Shown here one piece after another: positions 37,879-46,921 of a stretch of DNA of 64,000 nucleotides (its first letter is position 1; each line of letters starts with the position of its first letter). The notes beneath the pieces are model-generated. The model searched no databases. It was given only the letters and a program-made list of their open reading frames with translations, and had not been told where the DNA came from. A program made the position numbers and the translations under genes. Origin of the DNA: Chitinophagales bacterium (GTDB lineage Bacteria > Bacteroidota > Bacteroidia > Chitinophagales > CAIOSU01); NCBI GenBank assembly GCA_040877935.1, contig JBBDNB010000045.1, positions 4,536 through 68,535 of the forward strand. The letters are read 5' to 3'.

Positions 37879-39671
37879 TCTTTAAAGTGCTGAACTAATA
37901 GCTCAGTTTTTCGCTGACCAATTAATGAAACGAGTTCCTCTTTAGGAGCTCGTTTTATTTTTTTATAGGATCGATATTCCTTCAATAATTTTTCAACAGT
38001 TTCTTTTCCTATTCCTTTGATCTGGTCCAGCTCAGTTTCCATCGATTTTTTACTTTGTTTTTTGCGGTGAAAAGTAATTGCAAAACGATGGGCTTCATCT
38101 CTGAGGTATTGCAATAATTTTAAGCTTGCTGAAGCCTTGCTTATGTGAAGAGGAACCGGATCATTTGGAAGGTAAATTTCCTCTAATCTTTTTGCAATTG
38201 AAGCTACCTGAATGGTTTTATACAAGTCAAGTTCCTTTACAGCTTCTACAGCAGCATTTAACTGCCCTTTTCCGCCATCAATGAGGATCAATTGGGGCAA
38301 TTCTTTTTGTTCCTTTAAAAGCCTGTTATAACGTCTGTAAACGATTTCTTTCATTGAAGCAAAATCGTCAGGTCCTGTTACTGTTTTAATATTATAATGA
38401 CGGTATTCTTTTTTTGCAGGTTTGCCATTTATAAAACAGACCATGGAAGCAACCGGGCTAGATCCTTGGAAATTGGAATTGTCAAAACACTCAATTCTAT
38501 TTGGGTACTGCTTAAGACGTAGGTCCTCTTTAAGCTGTAATAATGTAGTTCGCTCCTTATACTTTTTCTTGTTTTTGTTTTTTCTTTCAATATACTGCTG
38601 TTTTTCAATAGCAGCATTTTTGTTGGAAAGTTGAAGTAGTTTGTGCTTATCCCCAATTACAGGTACAACTTGTTTGAAATCTGGATTTTCAATTTTAATC
38701 TCAAATGGAACAATCACTTCTTTTGACCTGCTTTTGAATTCTGATCTTAGGTGTGTAATGGCAAAAAGCAATAATTCTTCTTTACTTTCATCAAGCCCTT
38801 TTTTTAACAGAATATTTTTAGTCAGTACAATTGAGCCATTGATGATTTTTATATAATTCACAAAAGCCCGCTCGTCATATTCAATAAAAGAGAAGACATC
38901 TAAGTCGCTGATTGATGTACTTACAATAGTTGATTTACTTTGATATTTTTCAAGGTAGCTGATCTTTTCTTTAATATTTTCAGCCTTTTCAAATTGAAGC
39001 TGCTCAGCTGCTGTCTGCATTTCTTCTTTTAAAAAGCGTTTTACAGGAGCTATATTGCCTTTTAAGATCATCCTGATTTGCTCTATATATTTATTGTAAT
39101 CCCTTTCATTTTGCAGTCCTTCACAGGGGCCCAAACAATTGTCTATATGATATTCAAGGCAGACTTTGTATTTTTCTTTTTCAATATTTTCCTTGCTTAA
39201 ATTCAATGAGCATGTTCTCAGCGGGTAGAGTTGCCGAATAACTTGCATAACTGTTCTAACCTGAGTAACAGATGCAAAAGGGCCTAGATATTCCGAGCCG
39301 TCTTTCACTATTTTTCTGGTTAGAAATACGCGGGGAAATTGTTCATTTTTTATAACTACATAAGGATAAGACTTATCATCTTTGAGCTGGATATTGTATT
39401 TGGGCTGATGGGATTTTATCAGGCTATTTTCAAGTAATAATGCATCTTTTTCAGTATTGGTAACTGAAAATTCTATTCGCCTTATTTTCCTTATTAAAAG
39501 TTTGATTCTGGCACTGTCGTATTTTTTATTGACAAAATAAGAGCGCACCCTTTTTTTGAGATTTTTTGCTTTACCTACATACAATAGGCAGTCTTCTTCA
39601 TCGTAGTAGCGATAAACACCAGCATCATTAGGGATATTTAAATTTAGATTTTTGAATTCTTCGGGGCTCAT
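37875..39671 (-). CDS. uvrC: Excinuclease ABC subunit C
   Basis: GVY...YVGKAKNL (GIY-YIG), IECFDNS, IDGGKGQ, RDEAHRFAI. Confidence 0.97.
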   Translation of the reverse strand: MSPEEFKNLNLNIPNDAGVYRYYDEEDCLLYVGKAKNLKKRVRSYFVNKKYDSARIKLLIRKIRRIEFSVTNTEKDALLLENSLIKSHQPKYNIQLKDDKSYPYVVIKNEQFPRVFLTRKIVKDGSEYLGPFASVTQVRTVMQVIRQLYPLRTCSLNLSKENIEKEKYKVCLEYHIDNCLGPCEGLQNERDYNKYIEQIRMILKGNIAPVKRFLKEEMQTAAEQLQFEKAENIKEKISYLEKYQSKSTIVSTSISDLDVFSFIEYDERAFVNYIKIINGSIVLTKNILLKKGLDESKEELLLFAITHLRSEFKSRSKEVIVPFEIKIENPDFKQVVPVIGDKHKLLQLSNKNAAIEKQQYIERKNKNKKKYKERTTLLQLKEDLRLKQYPNRIECFDNSNFQGSSPVASMVCFINGKPAKKEYRHYNIKTVTGPDDFASMKEIVYRRYNRLLKEQKELPQLILIDGGKGQLNAAVEAVKELDLYKTIQVASIAKRLEEIYLPNDPVPLHISKASASLKLLQYLRDEAHRFAITFHRKKQSKKSMETELDQIKGIGKETVEKLLKEYRSYKKIKRAPKEELVSLIGQRKTELLVQHFKD

Positions 39672-39699
39672 CTTGCATACAACTTCTGTAGGTCAATCC

Positions 39700-41946
39700 T
39701 TATTCAAATTCACTACCGTAGAAATTGTTTTCGTCAAAATTTTCCTGGTCTGAATTTTGGTATTTAGAACAGTCCAGTTCGATATTTAATTTCCTTTCAG
39801 GACTTTCAAATTTTTTATTGGGATCAAGACCTAACTTGGTGTATAAAGTGTCGTTCTCATATAGTTTTTTGAAAAAACCTGCCCATATAGGTAGTGCAGT
39901 ACTTGCCCCCTGACCTTCTCTGAGACTTCTAAACCTGACAAAGCGGTCCTCAGCACCGACCCATGTTCCGGCTATAAGATCGGGGGTAATGCCCATAAAC
40001 CAACCATCTGAATGGTTTTGTGTAGTTCCTGTTTTTCCGCCTATATCCAGATAGTTCAGTTGATAAGGGTAAGAAGGTAGCCAAACCCTTTTGCCTGTAC
40101 CGTTTTGAATTACATCCCGAAGCATTTCCACCATTACCCAGGCTGTTTCTTCACTGAGCACTTCTGTACGCTCAGAAGTAAATTCCTGTATCAGATTACC
40201 ATTTTTATCTTCAATACGGCTAATATAAGTTGGTTTTGAATATACACCTTTGTTTGCAAAAGCAGTATAGGAGCCAAGCATTTCCATAACTGAAATACCT
40301 GGTGTTCCAAGGGATATTGATGGATAAGGGTCAATTGGACTTGTAATACCCAGTTTCCTTACTAAATTAATTACAGGTTGCGGACCGATTTGTTTTATGA
40401 GATAAGCAGAGCATGAATTTATAGAGTTGGCAAGACAGTATTTAAGGGTCATTTTTTCTCCACTGAATTTCCCATCGGAATTTTCAGGCTGCCAATTGTC
40501 AAAATTTTCGAAAGTAACCGGCACATCTAATACTTCAAAACATGGTGAATAACCATTGTCTATTGCTGTAGCATAGAGAAATGGTTTGAAAGTAGATCCA
40601 ATTTGTCGTTCTGTCAAAACATGATCGTATTGATAGTACTTGTAATTGGCACCTCCTACCCATGCTTTGATTGCTCCTGTTTTCGGATCAGCTACCATAA
40701 AACCTGTTTGTAAAAACATCCTGTGATAGCGAATAGAGTCAATAGGAGTCATGACTGTATCTTTTTCCCCTTCCCAGCTAAAAATAGTCATTTCCTTTGG
40801 GGTATTGAGTATGGTTTTTATAGAATCCTGGCTAAGCCCTCTGGCAACAAGTGCTTTGTAATGCGGTGCATTTCTTATAGATTTTTCAAGTTCATTTGGA
40901 AAGTCTTTCCATGGATCTCGTCCTTTCCAATGTTCGAAAAAATCTTTTTGAATTTTACTCAGGTGTTCTGTAGCCACATTTTCGGCAATTTTTTGCAGAC
41001 GGGAATCAATGGTAGTGTATATCTTCAATCCATCTTTGTATAAATCATAATTTGTGCTGTCTACTTTTAGATTTGCTTTGCACCATTTTTTGAGCTCCAA
41101 ACGTAGATGTTCCCTGAAGTAAGTAGCCAGTCCTTCAGAGTGGGTTGTTTCTTTAAATTCAAGTGCTATTGGTTTTGTTTTAAGGGAATCGTAGGCTTCA
41201 TTAGAAAGAAAATCATATTTGTTCATCTGATACAAAACAATGTTTCGCCTGTCCATAGATTGCTCAGGATGAATCCTGGGATTAAAGGCATAGGGTGCTT
41301 TGAGCATCCCCACCAATACAGCAGATTCACTTACATTTAGTGAGTCGATAGGTTTGCTGAAATAAGTAAGGGATGCAGCCTTTATACCAAAGGCATTGTC
41401 ACTGAATTCTACAGTATTGAGATACATGGTGAGGATCTCTTTTTTTGTATAGCTTTTCTCAAGACGTGCTGAGATAATCCATTCTTTTAGTTTTTGAATC
41501 ACCCTTTCCAGTTTTGAAGAAGGCCGGTCGTGAAAGAGGTTTTTTGCCAACTGCTGTGTAATTGTACTTCCCCCTCCTCTTTTTCCGCCAGCGGCAATAG
41601 CTCTTACCAAGCCTCTTAGATCAATCCCTGAATGTCTGAAAAATCGAATGTCTTCTGTGGCGATCAATGCGTTTACCAGTGATTCAGGCAATTCCTCGAA
41701 ATATGCATTACTTCTGTTTTCACTATAATATTTTCCAAGTAGTACACCATCAGCAGAATATACTTCAGAGGCGAGAGCATTTTTGGGATTTTCCAACTCC
41801 TCAAATGTAGGCAGATTGGAGTATGATAATTGATAAAACAAAAATATTATAGCAGCAACCCCAATTATAAAAAGACTCCAGAAAATGAAGGCGAATTTAA
41901 GCTTGAATGAATAAAGCGAGTTTTCTTTGTTGTTGTTGTCCTCCAT
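39700..41946 (-). CDS. Class A penicillin-binding protein (PBP1A)
   Basis: EDIRF, GGSTITQQLAKN, STFK, SIN, KTGT motifs. Confidence 0.93.
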   Translation of the reverse strand: MEDNNNKENSLYSFKLKFAFIFWSLFIIGVAAIIFLFYQLSYSNLPTFEELENPKNALASEVYSADGVLLGKYYSENRSNAYFEELPESLVNALIATEDIRFFRHSGIDLRGLVRAIAAGGKRGGGSTITQQLAKNLFHDRPSSKLERVIQKLKEWIISARLEKSYTKKEILTMYLNTVEFSDNAFGIKAASLTYFSKPIDSLNVSESAVLVGMLKAPYAFNPRIHPEQSMDRRNIVLYQMNKYDFLSNEAYDSLKTKPIALEFKETTHSEGLATYFREHLRLELKKWCKANLKVDSTNYDLYKDGLKIYTTIDSRLQKIAENVATEHLSKIQKDFFEHWKGRDPWKDFPNELEKSIRNAPHYKALVARGLSQDSIKTILNTPKEMTIFSWEGEKDTVMTPIDSIRYHRMFLQTGFMVADPKTGAIKAWVGGANYKYYQYDHVLTERQIGSTFKPFLYATAIDNGYSPCFEVLDVPVTFENFDNWQPENSDGKFSGEKMTLKYCLANSINSCSAYLIKQIGPQPVINLVRKLGITSPIDPYPSISLGTPGISVMEMLGSYTAFANKGVYSKPTYISRIEDKNGNLIQEFTSERTEVLSEETAWVMVEMLRDVIQNGTGKRVWLPSYPYQLNYLDIGGKTGTTQNHSDGWFMGITPDLIAGTWVGAEDRFVRFRSLREGQGASTALPIWAGFFKKLYENDTLYTKLGLDPNKKFESPERKLNIELDCSKYQNSDQENFDENNFYGSEFE

Positions 41947-41960
41947 TTATTGAGTTGGTA

Positions 41961-44768
41961 TTAATCTTTGTAGTTTTTTTCAAAAAATTCAAGGTAAGAA
42001 TTTATTTCCCGATTGATAACTACTTTATTGAAATTGATATCGGTGATAAAGTAAAAGCTCAGTGAATTATCCGGGAAATTCTTAAAGGCTTCCTCCTCTT
42101 TTTTTATTGAGTTGAAGTAGTTGCGTACTTTCTTCTCACCCTCAAAATATTTTATAACTATAATAGATTGTTCGGGGCTAAGAATCAGAGTATTTGTTTT
42201 TAGCTTTTCTAAGCTGCTTTTTTGCTCGTTGAATCGTGAAATTGCCAGGCTCAGGTCGGTACTTTTAATATTATTACTGTTGTAAACTACAAGTACATAG
42301 TGTAATGCATCCATCTCGCGGGTGTATTCCCTGATATTGATTTCTTTTTCGTAAACCTTATTTTCACTCTCTTCCAAAATAGTCAGCATTTCTTCAGCTT
42401 TTTCCGCTTCAAGTGTACCTGGATATTTTTCCTGAAGTTCTTTCAGGGCATCTATATATGCACCCAGAGAATCCGTTTTTGCCCTGCTGATTGCTGAAAG
42501 CAGTGCGAATTTTGGAGCCAAATGATTGGTTTCAAAAAGGCTGTCGGCCTGGGCTGAAGCTAAAAGCACTTGCCTGTAGTTTCCGGAAGTAAAGTGGGCA
42601 TAGACATTTTCATAATAGCGGTCTACCTCTTCTTTGTTGTCTTTTTGCTTGTCGAGATAGTTAGGGTCGAGTAGTATTTTGGCAAATTTACTATTAGGGT
42701 ATTCGTCTAATACAAGATTTTTGTATTGTTCCGCTTTGCTGTTGTTGTTAATCTCTTTGTAGAGTAAATGAAGGTTATAATAAACTTCTACCAGGTAATT
42801 ATTATTCGGGTATTTTTCTAATAATGTTTCAAATGTTTCAATGGCTTTGGGAAGGTTTTCAATTTCTGATTTGTAAATATTTCCCAGTTCAAAATAGGCT
42901 TCTACTACTTCTTTTTCAGCTTTTTGTTTTTCTGCCTCATCTCTCGGTATTGTAGCTAAAAGTTGTTCTTTTACTGCTAAATAATCAAATTCTTCTTCAA
43001 TACCTTCTTCTTCTGCCTGACCTGCAACTTCTTCTAAACTGCCAGAGCTCTCTTTGTTAGACCTCCTCCAATTGTCTTCCAACTCGCGTTTTCCCCAGCG
43101 CTGAACAAATTCATTGTAGCCTCTGCTTTTACTTCCTGTATTGTAAAAATACCAGGAGCCGCTACTTCCCCCGCCACTATCTCGCCCTGAAGTATTTCTA
43201 TTGAGCATAGCTGCAGGTTGAGATTGATTGGCCTTGTCTATTTCAGCCTCAATTTTACTCACTTCAGCCTCAATTCGCTTATCGAGTTCATCTTCTGGTA
43301 AATTTGCTAAAACTAAAAGGCTGTCTTTTTCTTCAATAATATTGATTTGTTTAACCAGGTTTTGAAGTGCATTGTCTCTTTTTTCAATTTCTTGTTTTTT
43401 TGGGTGTTCCTCATCAATATTAGCTCCAGCATTTTCATAACCGGGTTGTGCTTTTACATATTCTTTATCGGAATAGTAAAGTTCGCCTTGCTTTAAATGT
43501 GATTTTGCCAATTGCTTTGTGTTCCCCATTGAACTTTCTATAGATTTGCTTAGGTATTCTATAGCTTTTTCACGATTGTTTTGGCTCAATTCCAGTTCTG
43601 CCAATGCATAATATATCTGATCGTAGAATTCTTCATTTTTACTGTCTTTAAGCAGTTTAGCAAGCAGTTTTTTGATTTCGCTATAGGAAGACCCGTCACC
43701 TCCTGCTATACGTGCCAGACTCATCTTTGCATTGAATTCCATTTTGTAATCAGGTCTTGCACTTAATACTTCTTTATATTTTTCAACAGCATTGGTATAA
43801 TCCTTTATCCGCTCGTAAATTTGAGCCATTATATAGAGGTAGCGGATTTTTTTCTTCTTTCTCTTAATGTTTTCATCCAGTACTTTCAAAGGAGGGATAG
43901 CTCTTTCAAGGTTGTTGGTAGTGATATATAAATCGGCCTTGGCTTTTGCAACATCATTTGCCAGATAGCCCGGAAAATTTTCTTCACCTTCAATTACCGT
44001 AAGTACCGTTTCGGCCTCCTTATATTTTTCCATAGCAGCGTAGATATTGACCATCAATACCATAGCTTCAGGTCTGGAGAATTGGTGAGTAAGTATTTCT
44101 TTAAATGATTTTTTCCCGTCCCAATCTTCCTCTTCCTTTTTTTTCTCCTCTTTGATCTCTTCAATTTCTTCTTCAATCACCTCCTCTTCCAGCTCTTCTT
44201 TCTGGGCAGCAGTCATGGGTTTTTTTGATTTGCGTTTTTTCTTCTTGCTTTTCTTTTTTTTCTTTTTCTTTTTTGAAGATTTACTCTGAGGAGTTTCTTT
44301 AAATTCTGTACTCAAAAACTGTAGGGTTTCAAGGGCAGTTTCAAAATCCCCTTTCATATAATAGGAAAAACCAACAAGCAAATAGCTGTTGTCGCTAAAC
44401 TTGCTGGGCTCGTGCATTTTTATTGCCCTTGAACATTTTTTTATGACTTCGTCAAAAGTACCGGAATAGGTTTCTGCCTCTTCGGGTATTTGATCGGGAT
44501 AAACAGCTAATATTTCATCATAATCATCCTGGTGACTGGTCTCAAGGCTGCGCTGTGTTTCTTTAAGTAATTCTGTTGCATTAAAATAGGCATTGTTTCT
44601 GGCCGTTATATTGTGGTATATCATTCCCACTGCTCCCGGTTTGCCTGATTTTTTGCTAGAAGAACAGGCGGATAGGATCAAAATGAAGGAAAGGGATATT
44701 AATAATGATAACTTTGACGCTAATTTCAAGATATTTGTCTTTCGAGAATGAAAACTCTGTTTGTACAA
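41961..44768 (-). CDS. sprE: TPR lipoprotein, SprE/PorW-like
   Basis: Lipobox ILSAC, YHNITARNN, WYFYN...WGKRELEDNWR; divergent from the M23 gene. Confidence 0.75.
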   Translation of the reverse strand: MYKQSFHSRKTNILKLASKLSLLISLSFILILSACSSSKKSGKPGAVGMIYHNITARNNAYFNATELLKETQRSLETSHQDDYDEILAVYPDQIPEEAETYSGTFDEVIKKCSRAIKMHEPSKFSDNSYLLVGFSYYMKGDFETALETLQFLSTEFKETPQSKSSKKKKKKKKSKKKKRKSKKPMTAAQKEELEEEVIEEEIEEIKEEKKKEEEDWDGKKSFKEILTHQFSRPEAMVLMVNIYAAMEKYKEAETVLTVIEGEENFPGYLANDVAKAKADLYITTNNLERAIPPLKVLDENIKRKKKKIRYLYIMAQIYERIKDYTNAVEKYKEVLSARPDYKMEFNAKMSLARIAGGDGSSYSEIKKLLAKLLKDSKNEEFYDQIYYALAELELSQNNREKAIEYLSKSIESSMGNTKQLAKSHLKQGELYYSDKEYVKAQPGYENAGANIDEEHPKKQEIEKRDNALQNLVKQINIIEEKDSLLVLANLPEDELDKRIEAEVSKIEAEIDKANQSQPAAMLNRNTSGRDSGGGSSGSWYFYNTGSKSRGYNEFVQRWGKRELEDNWRRSNKESSGSLEEVAGQAEEEGIEEEFDYLAVKEQLLATIPRDEAEKQKAEKEVVEAYFELGNIYKSEIENLPKAIETFETLLEKYPNNNYLVEVYYNLHLLYKEINNNSKAEQYKNLVLDEYPNSKFAKILLDPNYLDKQKDNKEEVDRYYENVYAHFTSGNYRQVLLASAQADSLFETNHLAPKFALLSAISRAKTDSLGAYIDALKELQEKYPGTLEAEKAEEMLTILEESENKVYEKEINIREYTREMDALHYVLVVYNSNNIKSTDLSLAISRFNEQKSSLEKLKTNTLILSPEQSIIVIKYFEGEKKVRNYFNSIKKEEEAFKNFPDNSLSFYFITDINFNKVVINREINSYLEFFEKNYKD

Positions 44769-44811
44769 AAATATTTTAAATTTCCCAAAGAAAGTAAAGC
44801 TTTACAATTAA

Positions 44812-45684
44812 GTGGCTGAGGAAAAGAAAAAGAGGCGGTTTGTAGAGAAGCTTAAAAATAAGTATCGCCTTGTAGTGCTCAATGATGATACTTTTGAAGA
44901 AAAAGCCTCATTCCGTCTTTCACGTTTTAATGTATATGTGTTTGTATCTACGGTACTATCCATATTGGTAGTGCTGATTTTCTCTATGATTATTTTCACT
45001 CCTTTAAAAGAGTATATTCCGGGTTATGCAGATGTAAAAATGCGAAGAGATTTGATTGATTTAAAATTTTATACCGATTCACTGGAATCTGTTGTTTTAA
45101 ATCAAAGTCTTTGGCTCAATAATGTGAAAAAGATATTAGAAGGAAAAACGGATAGTGCAACTGTTTCCAGCAGCGACAGAAATATTCGTTATGATACAAT
45201 TAAGTTGAGCAGAATACCAATTGAAGATGTATTGTTGAGAGAAGAAATTGAACGTGAGGATAATTATGCACTGGTATATGGTGATCAAAGAAATTCAAAC
45301 AATGAAACAGAGGTTCTTTCAAATCTTACAACTCCCCTCAGAGGTTTAATTACACAGCGGTTTAATGCAGATGATGGTCACTTTGGAATTGATGTAGTAG
45401 CTCCAGAAAAAACCCCAGTAAAATCTATTGCGCCCGGAACCGTTATAATTTCTGAGTGGACTTTAGAAACAGGCCATACAATTGCAGTACAACATGATAA
45501 CAATTTGATTTCTATATACAAGCACAATTCTGTTTTGTTGAAAAAAGTTGGTAATTTCGTGAAAAGCGGGGATGCTATTGCCATTATAGGAAATAGTGGT
45601 GAATTAAGTTCCGGTCCGCATTTGCACTTTGAATTGTGGCAGGAAGGTTCAGCTGTTGACCCTGAGCAATTCATAAGTTTCTAA
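44812..45684 (+). CDS. M23-family metallopeptidase
   Basis: HFGID, YKHN, GPHLHFE. Confidence 0.92.
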   Translation: MAEEKKKRRFVEKLKNKYRLVVLNDDTFEEKASFRLSRFNVYVFVSTVLSILVVLIFSMIIFTPLKEYIPGYADVKMRRDLIDLKFYTDSLESVVLNQSLWLNNVKKILEGKTDSATVSSSDRNIRYDTIKLSRIPIEDVLLREEIEREDNYALVYGDQRNSNNETEVLSNLTTPLRGLITQRFNADDGHFGIDVVAPEKTPVKSIAPGTVIISEWTLETGHTIAVQHDNNLISIYKHNSVLLKKVGNFVKSGDAIAIIGNSGELSSGPHLHFELWQEGSAVDPEQFISF

Positions 45685-45695
45685 AAATTAAGATC

Positions 45696-46124
45696 ATGTT
45701 TGGCAATAAAAACTCTGAAGAAAGAAAAGACAACAATTCTAAAGGTTCTAAATCTTTGAATCAGTTTGGTGAAGGGACTGTTATTACGGGTGAAATTAAG
45801 TCAAAAGGAGATATCCGTATAGATGGTGAAATTAATGGGGCTGTTTATTCTGAGGCCAAACTTGTAGTAGGTCCATCAGGAAAAGTGGATGGAGATGTAA
45901 AGTGCAAAAATGCAGATATATCCGGTAAAGTATACGGGCGTTTGATTATTGAAGATTTACTATTTCTTAAAAGTTCTGCAGTTATAGAAGGAGATATTGT
46001 TGCTCAAAAAATGGTGGTAGAATCCGGTGCAATGTTTAATGGAACATGTAGCATGGGGGAATCTATAAAAGCGAACAAAAATGAAGAAAAATCAGCCGCC
46101 AAACTCAAAAAAGAAGTTGTTTGA
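45696..46124 (+). CDS. Bactofilin (polymer-forming cytoskeletal protein)
   Basis: GDIRIDG...VGPSGKVDGDV beta-helix repeats. Confidence 0.92.
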   Translation: MFGNKNSEERKDNNSKGSKSLNQFGEGTVITGEIKSKGDIRIDGEINGAVYSEAKLVVGPSGKVDGDVKCKNADISGKVYGRLIIEDLLFLKSSAVIEGDIVAQKMVVESGAMFNGTCSMGESIKANKNEEKSAAKLKKEVV

Positions 46125-46323
46125 TAATTATCTGAAATTTTCTGCCATTGGATTTCAGATGGTGGCAGTAGTGCTTATTGGATTTGGTATAGGTTGGTAT
46201 ATAGACAGCAAATTAAATACTGACAAACCATATGCAGCTTTAGCTTTTACCCTGATCTTTGTCTTTATAGCTATGTACTTGGTGATTAAAGAGCTACAAA
46301 GCATGAACAATAAAAATGATTAA
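46081..46323 (+). CDS. AtpZ/AtpI-family protein
   Basis: YLKFSAIGFQM...GWYIDSKL, two TM helices. Confidence 0.85.
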   Translation: MKKNQPPNSKKKLFDNYLKFSAIGFQMVAVVLIGFGIGWYIDSKLNTDKPYAALAFTLIFVFIAMYLVIKELQSMNNKND

Positions 46324-46684
46324 ATACAGACAATTTGCAGTTCGTACATTGATGTTAGCCGTTCCGGTCTTTGTCATTTTAGGGGTATTGAGTTTATTTG
46401 ATTTTTTTCGAGCAAATTTATTATTTGTGTGGTTCTGCTATGTCTTTTTTGTGGCAATGACATTGTTTACTGGGTATTATAATTTGCGAAGTGTAAACAA
46501 ACCAATATTCGGAACAATTTATTTTGGAACATCAGGTTTAAAATTGTTGCTTTCTTTTAGCATCATATTTTTATACATGCATTTCTTTAGCCCGCCAAAA
46601 TGGGTGTTGATTCCTTTTGTACTGCTCTTTTTGATTTTTAAAGTTTTTGAACTGGTTGTATTGTTCAGGCAGGTCAAAGATTGA
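46316..46684 (+). CDS. Four-TM membrane protein, AtpI-like
   Basis: 122 aa, four hydrophobic helices with KLLLS; follows the atpZ-like gene. Confidence 0.65.
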   Translation: MIKYRQFAVRTLMLAVPVFVILGVLSLFDFFRANLLFVWFCYVFFVAMTLFTGYYNLRSVNKPIFGTIYFGTSGLKLLLSFSIIFLYMHFFSPPKWVLIPFVLLFLIFKVFELVVLFRQVKD

Positions 46685-46694
46685 AAAAAGACAT

Positions 46695-46810
46695 AAAAAA
46701 AACCACCAGGCGGAAGGGGTGGTTAAGGGTATTCAGAGTTGGTGTCAGGTTATGAAAAGGTGTTCCGCCTGATGGTTTTTAAATTATTCGTATCGCTTTC
46801 TTTTAAGCAA
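46695..46810 (-). ncRNA. Candidate ~115-nt sRNA ending in a large-loop terminator (hairpin may act bidirectionally)
   Basis: Minus-strand TATCTTTG at 46823-46816; 18-bp stem 46698-46715/46763-46780 with one G-U on the minus strand, 47-nt loop, U8 tail. Confidence 0.55.
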
Positions 46811-46845
46811 CAATTCAAAGATACTTTACATTCATCCTGCTTTTA

Positions 46846-46881
46846 GTTAATAAAAGGTTAACCGCTGTTAAACTCTGTTAA
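46846..46881. promoter_or_regulatory. Tandem GTTAA boxes, putative OmpR/PhoB-family (RprY) binding site
   Basis: GTTAA at 46846, 46857, 46867 and 46877 (periods 11, 10, 10). Confidence 0.65.
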
Positions 46882-46921
46882 GCAGAAACATGTGCCGCTA
46901 TTATTGAGTTAATTTCGAAGT

